From: Mytilus californianus
Taxonomy: Eukaryota
NCBI RefSeq assembly: GCF_021869535.1
Contig: NW_026262701.1
Location: 9,486,001-9,550,000, forward strand
Length of the DNA stretch: 64,000 nt
Direction of reading: 5' to 3'
Of this stretch, positions 10,361 through 23,590 are shown piece by piece. Within the stretch, counting starts at the first letter, position 1, and each line of letters opens with the position of its first letter. The notes below the pieces were generated by a model, which worked only from the letters and a program-made list of their open reading frames with translations, was not told the DNA's origin and did no database searches. A program made the translations under genes and the position numbers.

Positions 10361-13300
10361 ATCTCGATTCATTAAAAATGCATATAATGAACTTATTTCA
10401 GGTACATAACAGTACATACAACAACATTCAGGTACAGTAGAAAAACAAAGCAAAATACAGAAATAAAATTCTTAATAAAAAAAATACTATTTCGTGTCAA
10501 AGAATGTTTTAAGTTACTATAAGCAAGCTCAAATTTCTCTATAAAAATAACAAAAAGGTGGTTATAAATGCCAACTTTCTACCAGAGTTCAAATGACGAA
10601 GAAAGAAGCAGTTATAGGTCGCCGTACGGTCTTCAACAATGGTAAAAACCCATACATGAAAAATGCGAAACAGTTCCAAACGTAAAAACTTACGGCCTAA
10701 TGTATACCCTTCCGGAGCACCTGATATCACTCCCATTTTTTGGTGGGGTTCGTGTCGCTCAGTCTTTAGTTTTCTATGTTGGGTTTTGTGTACTGTTGTT
10801 TGTCTGTTGGCTTTTCCTTTTTTTAGCCATGGCGTTGTCAGTTTATTTTCGACTTGAGTTTTATAGCAATACAATTTACTCATGACTTATAAAGTATGTT
10901 GCTGCGATAAACATGTCTGTATGCGCTCCATTCACCACCACCCCTTTTCCACCAACCTGAGACAGTGGCCGATATAAGACACATAGCACTCGCAGTTATT
11001 GTAAGATAGTTCAAAGCCAATTACATCTACATGTATTTAATAAATTATGTTCATAAAACACAATCAATACACAGAAGCAACGCATGTTGTATAAAGACGT
11101 CATACACAGTCGGAGAAACGCATGACTTTGTGCAAAGCCAAAATATAAGTAAACAGTATAGATAGGATGTAGGATCATGAGTACTAATAACTGTACATAT
11201 ATAGAAATATATATATTTAGTTATGTTTCATTTTTTCAAAAAACAAAATCTATGTTAGAGCCGATAACAACAATTGCCGGTGATAGAAAACCATGACGTC
11301 ACTGAAAATAGAAAATACTTGTGATAGATCATTGATATTAAATATAAAATTGCATTTCATATCGGTACATATCAGTTTGACGACTATTTCGAGGCCCTCC
11401 CCTAGGTCATGGTCCAGTGATTTTGAATTAATTAGCAATTTTCAATGTTATGTTTTCTGCGTAAGTCAATTTGATAAGAACTACTTGTGTTAGATCAAAG
11501 ATTTTTTGTATAAAGGTGCATTACTATCATTACATATGCCGACAGTGGAGACATATCTCTGTGTCAACAGTTTATTGTTAAATGAGTTGTTTTGTGTTTC
11601 TGAAAGAAAACGGAACCTGACATTCCATTCGACACTGTGTCATTGGTGATGTCGAGGTCGTCCCAGTCAGTATTCATGCTAATCGTCATAACTGAAATAA
11701 AATAATAAAAAGGAAAATTACATTTTTGCAACAATTTCGTCTTTCAGCAACTTTTACCAAGAACGTTTTTATCATAAAATGTATACACCGATATTTTAGT
11801 GTGAAAGACATTCAAACTTGATTTGAATACATACTGTACTAGAATATAATAATTTTATCATTACGAAAAGAAAATTACATCACAATCTTTACGTTTATTA
11901 TTATGTTAAGAACTTTAGGAAATATCGTTGTTATCTAATATTAGATCATGAATCAACAGAAATGATCAGCACCAATACTTTAGTCACACAAATTAACGCG
12001 ACAGAAAACTGCGTGGCATTCATAGAACATTTTGTTTGTAGTAAACAATCCGAAGGCGGAACCAGACTGAGTTATCAGCAATGTCAGGTGAACGGGGAAC
12101 TACATGCGATATATTCTATTTTAACGAGATTAAGATCGATGCCTTATTCTTCAACAACCCATATAGAAACATACAGGAAAAAAAGACAGAGACCATATTT
12201 TGTAATTTCAGTAAACGATTCGTTTTAAATGGAAAATGTTAATGTTGGATGTTATAAGAATTGTTCATGTTTTCATTTTAAGTAGTCAAACAACAATCAG
12301 GACAATTGGACCATATGGAGGAAAAAGAATTAAAAGTACAAATCTATAATACTAGTAGCATCTTTGTGTGGAGAGAAAATTCAATGGACAAGATTGGATG
12401 TCGCTTAATAAATTTTTTGTTAAATCTTTTAAAACAAAACATATCAGAGAATACTTGCAGTGAAAGAAAATGAGTTCTTAGTACATCGCTGCTAGTATGC
12501 AAATTATACAATGTATTTATCGGCGGTAAATAGATTGAAAACTGCAATGTTATTTTCAATTAAACTATGCAAGCAAGTACATAACAGTCCGAATATTATC
12601 TAAAAGCACGACAGAATAGTGTGGATAGCTATAATTATATTCCTGAATGATGGAAGAACGAAGTTTTTATCAATAATGAGTCATGGTCACTAAATGGTGG
12701 ATATATGAAAAGAATAAATTACGAAACTTGCAATACAAGCCGTATAAGCTTGCTCCATGGGAAAACAAATGATATAAAAATATCCAATTCCCAACTTTGT
12801 CTAATTTGATTTGACGTGAAGAACTGTACAATGTAAATTTCATTCAATTCGTTCAATTTTCAGAAGTTGGATTGCTTTCTCATCTTCTGCGACCTTTTTT
12901 TCATTCGCTCCTTAAAAGTGTGGTAATTTGTCTTTTAAATAATTACAGTTAATTTATTCTACGAAAGAAGGATGCAATACAAATTGACAAATGAACTTTT
13001 ATATAATATAATTTATAACGCGTGAGTTATCCCGGATTTTGATACAGATGATTCCAAGAATTTTAACATGATAGGTATAATTAATCAAGTTGCTTGTTTT
13101 TTTTTAATTTTAACAATGTGGGAATGATTTGAATTTTAACATGGTAGGAGTAATTGAATTTTAGCATTGTAGGAATGAAGCTACTAGTTTATTCGATGCG
13201 ATTTTTAGTATGGTAGGTATAATTAATTCAGTTGCTAGTTTATTTGATGAAATTTGTGAAGCTCCTACATTTAATATATGCTTTGAACACATATATATCT

Positions 13301-14086
13301 TTTAATTGTAATTCTTCGTCAATAAAAATAAATAAATTAATACTTAATGGCAATTAAGCTGCGAAGATTTAAAGTATATGACAACCAATAACATTGGTGA
13401 GTACACACAAGATTCGCATTCCGATCTAATAATTCAGTGAATCTCGAAGCCAAAATATTCAGGATCCCAAAACAATAGACAAAGGGTGCAGAATTGAAAC
13501 CACCGAAAAGACGACAAAGTTATAACGAGTAAAATGATTGAACTCTTCCAGTTACACGATTTAATCAAATGCAGATTAATGTTAGTAAAATTTAATATGG
13601 AATTATTTACATTTTTTAAGTTAACTTTTAAAAGAATTCCCGCAATCGGTGTCTTTAAGACGTTTGATATTCATGTATTTAATGGTTTGTCAACAGTGTC
13701 AGATTCCCTACTGTATATGTGCAATATGACGGTGAAACAAGGCGATTCCCCTCAAAATATTATCTCGAATCCATGTGCGAGAAACAACAAAATACCTCCC
13801 TCTGTTGATAACTCTGTTTTGCTGACCATTAGGAAATACAAAAGGATTTGATTTAATTACTTGACAGAATAGAAATCAACATTGTATATACATGTATATT
13901 TAAACAGTCATACTTGCAAATATGTTTTTTATTTGTTAGCAATCACATTGTAAAGACGCCCTCCAACAATAATAAATAAGTCCCGCTGCTCTCCTTCCAG
14001 TGCGAAGAAAACTGCGAACGATTCTTGCACTGCGTAACCATACAGATACATATACAGAAGTGGTTACACGCAGATAATACGACATT

Positions 14087-15492
14087 ATGGGTTTGTGTTC
14101 GTTTCAAACATGCCGATTCCGTGTTACAGTTCTACTGTGTATACTATTTATTCATCAGGTGATGACTGAAAACACAAACAAGATCCAATCAGCAAATAAA
14201 TCACCTCAACTGTCAGGTTATGTACTGAATAATATTTCTTTTTCTATCTTACAACCATGGCAACAGTTTTGTTATATAAATGAGTTACCAAAACAAGACA
14301 AACCCGGTGAATACTATATTGAGATTATCTGTAATGTCAACAGCAATGTTTTAAACTTTCTTGATTTTCGTCGCTTCACATCAAGAATTCAAGAAAATAT
14401 TTTATTTTCCGTTGTAATAACGTGTGGCCATAATGGAAGCGTTTTCTTTCCATACCCTGGCAGAGCACGTCTCCTCCATTCATTACGAATCTCAAATTGT
14501 GTTTTGAATGGATTTACATCCGAAGCAACATCTGATGTCATTGATTCAATACCGGATCGCATGAAATATTTCACTTTAATCAATTCAGTGATATTTTTGT
14601 CTCAAAATGATTTTAGACAGTTTCAGAGAGCAAAACATTTGACTAAAGCTTTTCAATGCGGTAATGTAAACGCTGTAAAAATAATTGAATACAACATTTC
14701 TTGCTGGATTGGTAATGCGAGTAAACGTGCGAGATTAGAAACCTATCAAACGCGACCTGATTTCCATGACCGCACCTGCACCTATAAATATCTTCGACAT
14801 TTGCAGAAAAGTTTTTCAATAATACAACCGTTTACTCGGCAGATTGATAAATCTATGTATCCTAATATTGAAATGCTCAACTTTAGTGCAGCCAGTATAA
14901 TAGAAACACCAAAACATGTTCAGGATTGGAGACTAGAATCAAAAGATTTGAAATATTTAGATCTCAGTCACAACTTAATAGAAGATGTGTTTCCTATAAT
15001 TTGTTATGATAGATACAACGATGATTCAACTGAAGGATTTGTAGATTTACGTTATAATAACATATCATCTCTCAGACTACATGGAGTAACGAGATGGTTT
15101 AGTGAAATTTGTGATAACCTAACGGTTGATATTCGAAATAATCCATTTTTGTGTGATTGTGGCGTAAAGCATTTTAAAGACCTTTTACAAAAATACGTTG
15201 GAAATCATATAGCATCTTCTTCTTGGTATATGCTTAGGCGAAAACAGATTTTTTCTCGTTATAAATATCTGTATGATCTTACATGCTACAATCCGCCTTC
15301 ACTGCGTGGGAGAATAATTTCTAAACTATCACTAAGTGAAATCGGGTGCAAGCCCAAATTACGAATAGTAACAAATGTTCCGACAGGGCCAATTATAGTA
15401 GTGATGTTTGTTAGTTTTTTTCTTTCTGTATGTCTTTTTGTTGGTATCAGATATCGAGAACAAATAGCTGTTAGCTGTAGTATGTGGCTAAA
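14087..15492 (+). CDS. TLR-ectodomain-like LRR transmembrane receptor without TIR (gene 1), main exon
   Basis: Open 469-codon ORF: signal peptide, Cys-containing N-region, LRRs (LKYLDLSHNLI, VDLRYNNI), LRRCT NPFLCDC...C, TM PIIVVMFVSFFLSVCLFVGI, then RYRE; the apparent stop lies inside a GTAAGT donor at 15493. Confidence 0.9.
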
Positions 15493-15612
15493 GTAAGTTC
15501 TAACTGTCGATCATAATATAATTACACGGTTGCTAAGAATACAAATGTGAATGAAATTAATTGAACTGATCAGACTTATGATCTTCTAATGGTTGGATTC
15601 CACAGCTTTTAA

Positions 15613-17133
15613 TCTTATATCACTATCACAGCAGTTACTGTAATGATAAACACATCGACATTCATTCTTTTCACTATCACAGCAGTTACTGTAATGATAA
15701 ACACATCGACATTCATTGTTTTCACTATCACAGCAGTTACTGTAATAATAAACACATCGACGTTCATTGGTTTCACTATCACAGCAGTTAAAGTAATAAT
15801 AAACACATCGACGTTCATTGTTTTCACTATCACTGCAGTTACTGTAATAATAAACACATCGACATTCACTATTTTCACTATCACAGCAGTTACTGTAATA
15901 CTAAACACAACGACATTCATTGTTTTCACTATCACAGCAGTTACTGTAGTAATAAACACATCGACATTCATTGTTTTCACTATCACAGCAATTACTGTAA
16001 TAATAAACACATCGACGTTCATTGTTTTCACTATCACAGCAGTTACTGTAATAATAAACACATCGACGTTCATTGTTTTCACTATCACAGCAGTTAAAGT
16101 AATAATAAACACATCGACGTTCACTGTTTTCACTATCACAGCAGTTACTTTAATACTTAACATATCGACATTCACTGTTTTCACTATCAGAGCAGTTACT
16201 GTAATAATAAACACATCGACGTTCATTGTTTTCACTATCACAGCAGTTACTGTAATAATAAACACATCGAAATTCACTGTTGTCACTATCACAACAGTTA
16301 AGTAATAATAAACACATTGACATTCACTATTTTCACTATCACAGCAGTTACTGTAATAATAAACACATCGATATTCATTGTTTTCACTATCACAGCAGTT
16401 ACTGTAATAATAAACACATCGACATTCATTGTTTTCACTATCACAGCAATTACTGTAATAATAAACACGTCGACGTTCATTGTTTTCACTATCACAGCAG
16501 TTACTGTAATAATAAACACGTCGACGTTCATTGTTTTCACTATCACAGCAGTTAAAAAAATAATAAACACATCGACATTCATTGTTTTCACTATCACAGC
16601 AGTTACTTTAATAATTAACACATCGACATTCACTGTTTTCACTATCACAGCAGTTACTGTAATAATAAACACATCGACATTCATTGTTTTCACTATCACA
16701 GCAGTTACTGTAATAATAAACACATCGACATTCACTGTTTTCACTATCGCAGCAGTTACTGTAATAATAAACACATTGACATTCATTGTTTTCACTATCA
16801 CAAACACATCGACATTCATTGTTTTCACTATCATAGCAGTTACTGTAATAATAAACACATCGACATTCATTGTTTTCACTATCGAAGCAGTTACTGTAAT
16901 AATATACACATCGCCATTCATTGTTTTCACTATCACAGCAGTTACTGTAATAATAAACACATCGACATTCACTGTTTTTACTGTCACAGCAGTTACTGTA
17001 ATAATGAACACATCGACATTCACTGTTTTCACTATCACAGCAGTTACTGTATAATAAACACATCGACATTCATTGTTTTTACTATCACAGCAATTACTGT
17101 AATAATAAACACATCGACATTCATTGTTTTCAC
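15613..17133. repeat. 51-bp minisatellite, about 30 copies, in the predicted intron of gene 1
   Basis: Unit CACTATCACAGCAGTTACTGTAATAATAAACACATCGACATTCATTGTTTT. Confidence 0.97.
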
Positions 17134-18027
17134 CGAATAGTCGATCTTATATGTATACCACATAGCCAACAATGGCATGTCTTACCTAGTTTTGAATGCA
17201 TTTGTTATCTCTGGTACAATCATTTATTTTACAAAGACAAATACATTATCGAAACCCTGTACTCATGTGTCCCTGGGCTATATATTACACATATAACACA
17301 ATCCACATCACAGCTATCATGCATGATTACAAAAATGTAACTCGAAATGCGTGCTTTGAACGAGTTGTAATTTCTTTTTTTGTTTTTTTTTTGTGATTTT
17401 TTATGTTATCTAAAAAAAAACTCCAAGCATTGAGATACATAGATATAAACATTATATATAATATAAGTATTAATATGAAATTTTGTTCGATAGCTGTCTA
17501 AAGCTAAAATGTTTACATTTCTTTGTTAATAACAATATAAAAATAAAGAGATGTGGTATGATTGCCAATGAGACAACTATTCATTGAAGTTCAAATGAAG
17601 TGGATGTAAGCAATTATTGGCAACCGTACGACCTTCAAAAATGAGAAAAACCCATACCGTGTTTTCGAATATAAAAGGCCCCGACATGAAACATATGAAA
17701 CAATTCAATTGAAAAAACTAACAGCCTAATTTATAAAAAAAATCATTTACGAAAAACAAATGTGACAGACATGAACCAACGACAACAACTGAACTACAGG
17801 CTCCTGATCTTGAGACAGGCACATAAAGAATGTAGCGTGGTTAAACATGTGTGTGTGCGCTCAACCCTCCGCAACCAAGATTGCTCCGCTGTAGCGAAAT
17901 GTCTCCTAGCTGCCGCTGTGTAAGTGAGGGAAGACATGTACAGTATATATAGAGTTGTATAACAGTAACATAAATTATATTATAAAATGTATTTAGGGCT
18001 TTTGTATTTGTTGTTGTTATTCAATAG

Positions 18028-18118
18028 GCACACATGGTGTAGTTGTGGTACAATAAACGAAATAACTACTCCCGTGAAAATGATCGAATCAAAGTTATTG
18101 TACAATGTGGCAAACTAG
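18028..18118 (+). CDS. Predicted exon 2 of gene 1 (short cytoplasmic tail (K)HTWCSCGTINEITTPVKMIESKLLYNVAN*)
   Basis: T-rich tract plus CAATAG acceptor at 18027; the phase-2 join with the 15492 donor gives the longest frame; conserved in paralog 35360-35429. Confidence 0.55.
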
Positions 18119-18344
18119 ATATGACGGAAGTCAGTCTGACCAAGTATGAAAGCTTTCTGAAGAACAATATGAGAGGATTGGGTCCAAGAGGTGTCATAGT
18201 GGTACGATAGTCCAAACACGGTACAAGTCCCATGAATCTTGTAAAATGGTTAAATAAAGTGGAGAGTAAAACGGTCAACTACACAAAGAAGGATCCTACA
18301 AGTCTAAATGCTTTCTGTAAAACGCCATCAGTGTTACCAATTAA

Positions 18345-18755
18345 ACTTATCACAGATGCCAGGATTAAAATTGTATACGCCAGATGCGCGTTTCGTCTAC
18401 AAAAGACTCAATGATATGATCATAATTATAAATTAACTGCTTACAAAACTTATATTTTTTTCGAAATACTAAGCATTTTCTACTCCAGGAATAGATTGCC
18501 TTAGAAGAGAGGCGAAAGATACCAGAGGGACATTCAAACTCATAAATCGAAAATAAACTGACGACACTATGGCTAAAAAAGAAAAAGACAAACAGACAAA
18601 CAATAGTACACAAAATACAACATAGACTAAGCAACACGAACCCCACCAATCACTTAGCTGTGTTTGGCAAAACTGTTCGAAATTTAGGTCCTCAATGCTC
18701 CTCAACTTCGTACTTTATTTTCCCTTTAAAACTTTTTTTTGATTTGAGCGTGATG
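18345..18755. ncRNA. Degraded hammerhead-ribozyme retrozyme remnant, interrupted by a family B copy
   Basis: Minus strand GAGTCTTTTGTAGACGAAACGCGCATCTGGCG (core CTGATGA damaged); body matches 28750-28900. Confidence 0.6.
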
Positions 18756-19514
18756 TCACGCTCTGAAATTACATAATAAAGTATTAGACACAACGAATAA
18801 AAATTACGTTACACTTGTAAGATTGACCAAGTTATAGGGATATCAGATGCTATATTAGAATTGATTTGGTTAATTAAATGCTGCATGTAACAATTTCCAC
18901 TTCTATTCTATTTTAACTTTATGTGCAGGAGTTAAGAAACATACAGAGTATTTTTCTATAATTTTGTATCCAATATTTCAAATATTCTATCCCACCATAT
19001 TTTGTGGGCAAAATGTTCTTACATCTACACTTGTATATATAGTATATAAATAGCAACACAGTATTATTTACTGTTTTACTGCTATCAAAAACCTCAGACA
19101 AACCAAAAATGATTTCTTTTTGTGCTTAAAGGTAGGAAATGACATATTAATCCAGTCTATCATGGATACCCAGAAATTTTGAACAACATTACATTCCCAA
19201 AAAGTAAAATATATTTCTCTGAAATCTGAACAAAAAATAAGTAGTTCATTTTTTTTTTATTTGCATCTATATAAAAGCGAATTACATGATAGAATCCTAT
19301 GAACAATCCTAGAATGGAAACTTCTGGTTATTATAAAAGGCATGTAGTAAATAGTATTCCAATCTTCAATCTGCTTATATATTTCCCATTTATTACGGGA
19401 AGATAAAGCCAATTCTTTATCATCTTTCAAAAATATTTTTTTTAGCATTATCTACCAATTTATTTTCCAACACAATTCTACCTTCTATCATAATTTTCAA
19501 TCTATTTAAGGAAT

Positions 19515-19812
19515 GATTGTAATATTTTTTCTAGAAATAACATCAAAATGTGATGCACACTGAATAACCCGCGTAGCTTGTTATCTAAAAGTGTCCACCA
19601 CATTTTTAAGGTTACTTCGAATAGACAGAAAAACTATTACAGTTTAAACTATTCATTCCTTATAATCTAATTCTAAATTCAATTTTTAAGGAGTAAATTA
19701 TGAAAAAACATTAATGACGTCACGGTCACATGACAAAATTATGTCTATGAGCTGATAGACAAAAAACCTTTCAGCCAATCAGAAGACGTGTTACATCCAA
19801 AATTAAATTATT
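19515..19812. mobile_element. Unclassified non-autonomous element with an internal hairpin
   Basis: Inverted repeat AAAATGTGATGCACAC...GTGTCCACCACATTTT at 19545-19606; resembles a common bivalve interspersed repeat. Confidence 0.45.
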
Positions 19813-20343
19813 TGGAATTGCACTAATAATACCATAAAACTCCACAAAATTATTATTGATTTTATACTTTCTTGAAAATTCCTCTTATGAAAATAATGTA
19901 TTATTTTCTGACACCTGATCATTATTAACAAATACACACTTTCTGAAATACTTGACCTTCAAGATGATCTTGCCATCTTGCTTTATAAAAATTGTAAATC
20001 CGAAACATCCAACCTTTTCATATGACTTCATAAATATGTCAAAGGGTATATATCATATGTAAATGTACGACAATTGTGTGTGAATATTTTACTAGACTGG
20101 CATATGAAGCGATTTTAATGAGCTAGTTCAACGGTTATTTGTTTTCTTTCAATTGTTTTATATATACGCGAAGTTTCGAATCTTTGATCGATGGAAGAAC
20201 AAATCATATTTTAAACATCAGCCGTTCTTATTCGTAACCTCTATTGGTCGTTTTTAGTTCAAGTACACTCAGGTTTGAAATCGCTTTTCTGAGAACTTGC
20301 TCTTGCACACACTATTAATAACATTAACGGTATCAATTTTACT

Positions 20344-20392
20344 GTACCAGATGCACATGTCGACAGTTATTGTCTTTTCAGTGATGGACGAG
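20344..20392 (-). ncRNA. Degraded type I hammerhead-like motif
   Basis: Reverse complement CATCA-CTGAAAAG-ACAATAACTGTC-GACA-TGTGC-ATC-TGGTAC; both core boxes carry substitutions. Confidence 0.45.
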
Positions 20393-21299
20393 GCCATACT
20401 ATTTGAAATCCAAAACTTAATACAAACGTTGAACAGCTGATAAAACGGTCTTTGTTACTTCTATATAATAGAGAGTTGATAAAAATCATCACGTTTGTCT
20501 CCGAACCTAGTTTGAAGTCATCATCAGTGCACTTTTTTGAAATGTTTGAAATAGGAAGAAAAACAACTTCCACTTGTATCTCTGATTCCAGGTACAGAGG
20601 GCACTAGTCTTTAAAATGGTATATTGGTGACAAGAAAACTGTACCTGTATTTTAAATTTTTTTTTTCTTATAAATGAAACTGTGTATAAATAGGAGCAGT
20701 CTACGATATATGATTTTACGATGGGGTATAGAAGTGTTCTGTGTAGAGAAGTCGAAAGTTTTGATATTTTGTAAGGTTATTAATGGCCATTTTTGGCCCA
20801 ATCTCAAAACTTTCACTTTTTAGGGATTTTCTGGTGGAGAGAATAATTAAACATCATTGAAATGATAATAATGATAGCAAAATAAGGAGATGCGGTATTA
20901 CTGCCAATGAGACAACTCTCACCAGAGAACAAATGACATAGACGTTAACAACTATAGGTCACCATACGGTCTTCAACAATGAGCAAAAACCATACCACAT
21001 AGTAAACTATAAAAGGCATCGAAATAACAAATGTTAAACAATTCATGTATATGCATTTATTGTATAACAATACATTTATGGATACGAAAGTTATGAAATA
21101 ACAGAAAAATGCTTTTAGATGTCATTTTTATTAAACAAAAATCATAAAAAGAAACAAAAAATGAGGATTTCTTGGATTTTTATGATGCGTTTCTTGTATA
21201 CCATTACAGTTAATAAACAATACCAAACTTACCAAATAACAGAAAAATGCATTCAGAGGATAGAGACCACATGTAACCATGTTGTTGGGTTTTTTTTTA

Positions 21300-21390
21300 G
21301 TTTTTGTAATGCCCCCACCTCTAGACGAAAAGGGCGTAAAGTGTTACCCTTGACCGTCCGTCCTTTCGTCTATCCGTTCTTCAGTCCGTC
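21300..21390 (+). mobile_element. Helentron/HINE-like 5' end fragment
   Basis: T-tract, GCCCCC...GGGC hairpin, then a (GTCC)-type microsatellite. Confidence 0.45.
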
Positions 21391-23419
21391 TAAAAAGTAT
21401 TTTCACACATTATAAGCAAGCTTGATCGTGGACATTCGTGTCCTCAGACACGTTCTTCTTTTGGGTTTTAGAGAATAAAATATTGTATTGTGTTGTATTT
21501 TGGATAAAAATCATAAAACTCTAAAAAAAAATAAGGATTTCTGGAAAATAAAGAAAAAAGCAAAATAATAATAACATGAATGGGTATGTATGGAGTGTAA
21601 AAGAAAATTAATGAAAAATTAAAAAATATATCATTAATGAAAATATTGTAACAATGAATTTAAATGTAACAATACTAAAGTTTGTTTTTTTCAATGTGGT
21701 GTATGGTCAACACATTTCGGCGAAACCCAGGTTGAGAATGTTTATTCGAGGGGTAAAAATCTGCTCTATCACCCTCTCATCTATGTGTTATTTAATTTAT
21801 TAAACTGATTGTATCAAATGAGATTAAATGACAAAAACGGTAACAAGTAACAAAAAAGATGACCGTACACCTTTCAGCAATTGGTTAACTATATATTGAG
21901 CTAAGGGTACTTTGCTTACATTGATTAAAGATACGATCTTTTTATTTACAATGCTGCTACCAGGTACTACTACGAAACAATTAACGCTGAACATTCTGGA
22001 AAGGAAATGTACAGATTTGAATTATAGGTGAAATATGTGGAGTAAACTTGTTAGACAGCAACCCAACGTCATAAACAACCAAAAAGACATCTAGAGATTG
22101 ACAAACGGTCTTTAATAATAAACAATTATTTTAATAAAATAACAAGCTATAAATCGTTATATCGCGTTTGAAAAAGTGGTGAATAAGATAAAAACAGTAG
22201 TTCAAAGATCTGCCATCAATCCAGAACTCTACAGATAACAGAAATCATTCAGATATCACAAAAGACAAACACTGACACTGATGAACAAAATCGATCGTGT
22301 GGCGAGTTTAGACTATTTTTTTCGCTCCTACTTTTTAATTTAAAAATATGCACGAAAAAAAGGTACATCAATAAACATAAGTTAACATCTGTACAAGAAA
22401 TGCAATTTCATTAAACATCACGGTATAATAAATATGCAAAACAACAATACACGTAAACTCTATGGGGTAATAACACTGTTCCCTATGAGCCAGGTGCCAA
22501 CGCATCTTGAGCCCGGATCCATAATGACGAAGGTGGAAAACCTATCATTGGAGCCTAGAGCCTATTTAGTAAAGCCCGGTTCCTTGTCAGTGGAGCCCGG
22601 GGCCAAACAAAATTGTTTAAAGGATTCCGGTGCCGATAATGTGGAACCTAGATCCCAGAGATAAAATAAAGATGGAACCCAGAGCTTAGAGCCTTTGGTA
22701 TCCCCCAACTTTATGATCACATTTGAATTAACTTACTGCAAACTGAAAAGACATCACTTGTACATTTTTTGTTATTTATTGTTTTACTAATAACATATAG
22801 ACGGATAGATTGAAAACCTTCTCCTTGATATTTACGTCAAAAGAGAATAATACAGCATTGTGCTTTTCTGATATTTTCTTCTTTTGTTTTGATAGAGAAT
22901 GTAGGTGTGATGGTTAGATTACACAGGGTATTGTTTAATTTTTAAATAAAGATATTATATTAAAGACACCTTTCAAACTTGAAAATACATATCTATCATG
23001 CAAGGTGTTTTAATTATTCATACAACGTATTTTCCATTTTATTTATGTTTGAGTGATTGATGAACAGTCTTCATTCATTCACTCATAGCATGTGGCTCCA
23101 ATTACTGACAATCGTCGAAATTCACCTGTCAAATTTGTAAAGATGTCGCGGTATTGCACGTCTAGGCTCAGTTGACAATACCCATCAAGCCATGCATTGA
23201 TTGAATACACCCACTTTCGTGAAGTTTTATGTTCAACTTTGACACATACAAGCTATATTAAAAATACAACGATACACAAAATACAGGAAAGGGGCAAAAT
23301 ATGAAAGAAATAAAAGTATGCAAAATAAAACTCACAATCTAAATCTGCAACGTGCGAAAGATATTTATAAACGTGCAGATGAGCTTGCAAGAAATGTATT
23401 GAAGTACTTAGTTTCTTTT

Positions 23420-23590
23420 GTTATCTATTATGACATCAGACTCTGACTTCTTTTGAATTGAGTTTTACTGTGCGTATTGCTGGGTGTTTGTTTTTTCTAC
23501 ATTGGCTAGAGGTATATATTTTTGCGCCAGTCCCAAGTCAGGAGCCTCTGGCCTTTGTTAGTCTTGTATGATTTTTAATTTTAGTTCATT
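23420..23590 (+). repeat. Fragment of an abundant mussel-type interspersed repeat
   Basis: CTACATTGGCTAGAGGTATA...GTCCCAAGTCAGGAGCCTCTGGCCTTTGTTAGTCTTGTATG. Confidence 0.6.

Noticed and set aside
10539-10885. Hydrophobic ORFs resembling membrane proteins (also at 18365, 34644, 59651, 60486, 61499)
   Set aside because: All translate the same dispersed family B repeat.
11250-13851. Several 60-105 aa ORFs and an exon-like stretch at 11560-11700 (minus)
   Set aside because: No recognisable domain or consistent frame. A faint LRR-like phrase near 13560-13620 (minus) was too weak to call.
15615-17069. Long ORFs on both strands (220-246 aa Thr/Ile/Val-rich or Cys-rich repeats)
   Set aside because: Artefact of a stop-poor 51-bp (17-codon) minisatellite; the paralog has only about 6 copies and the array lies after a splice donor.
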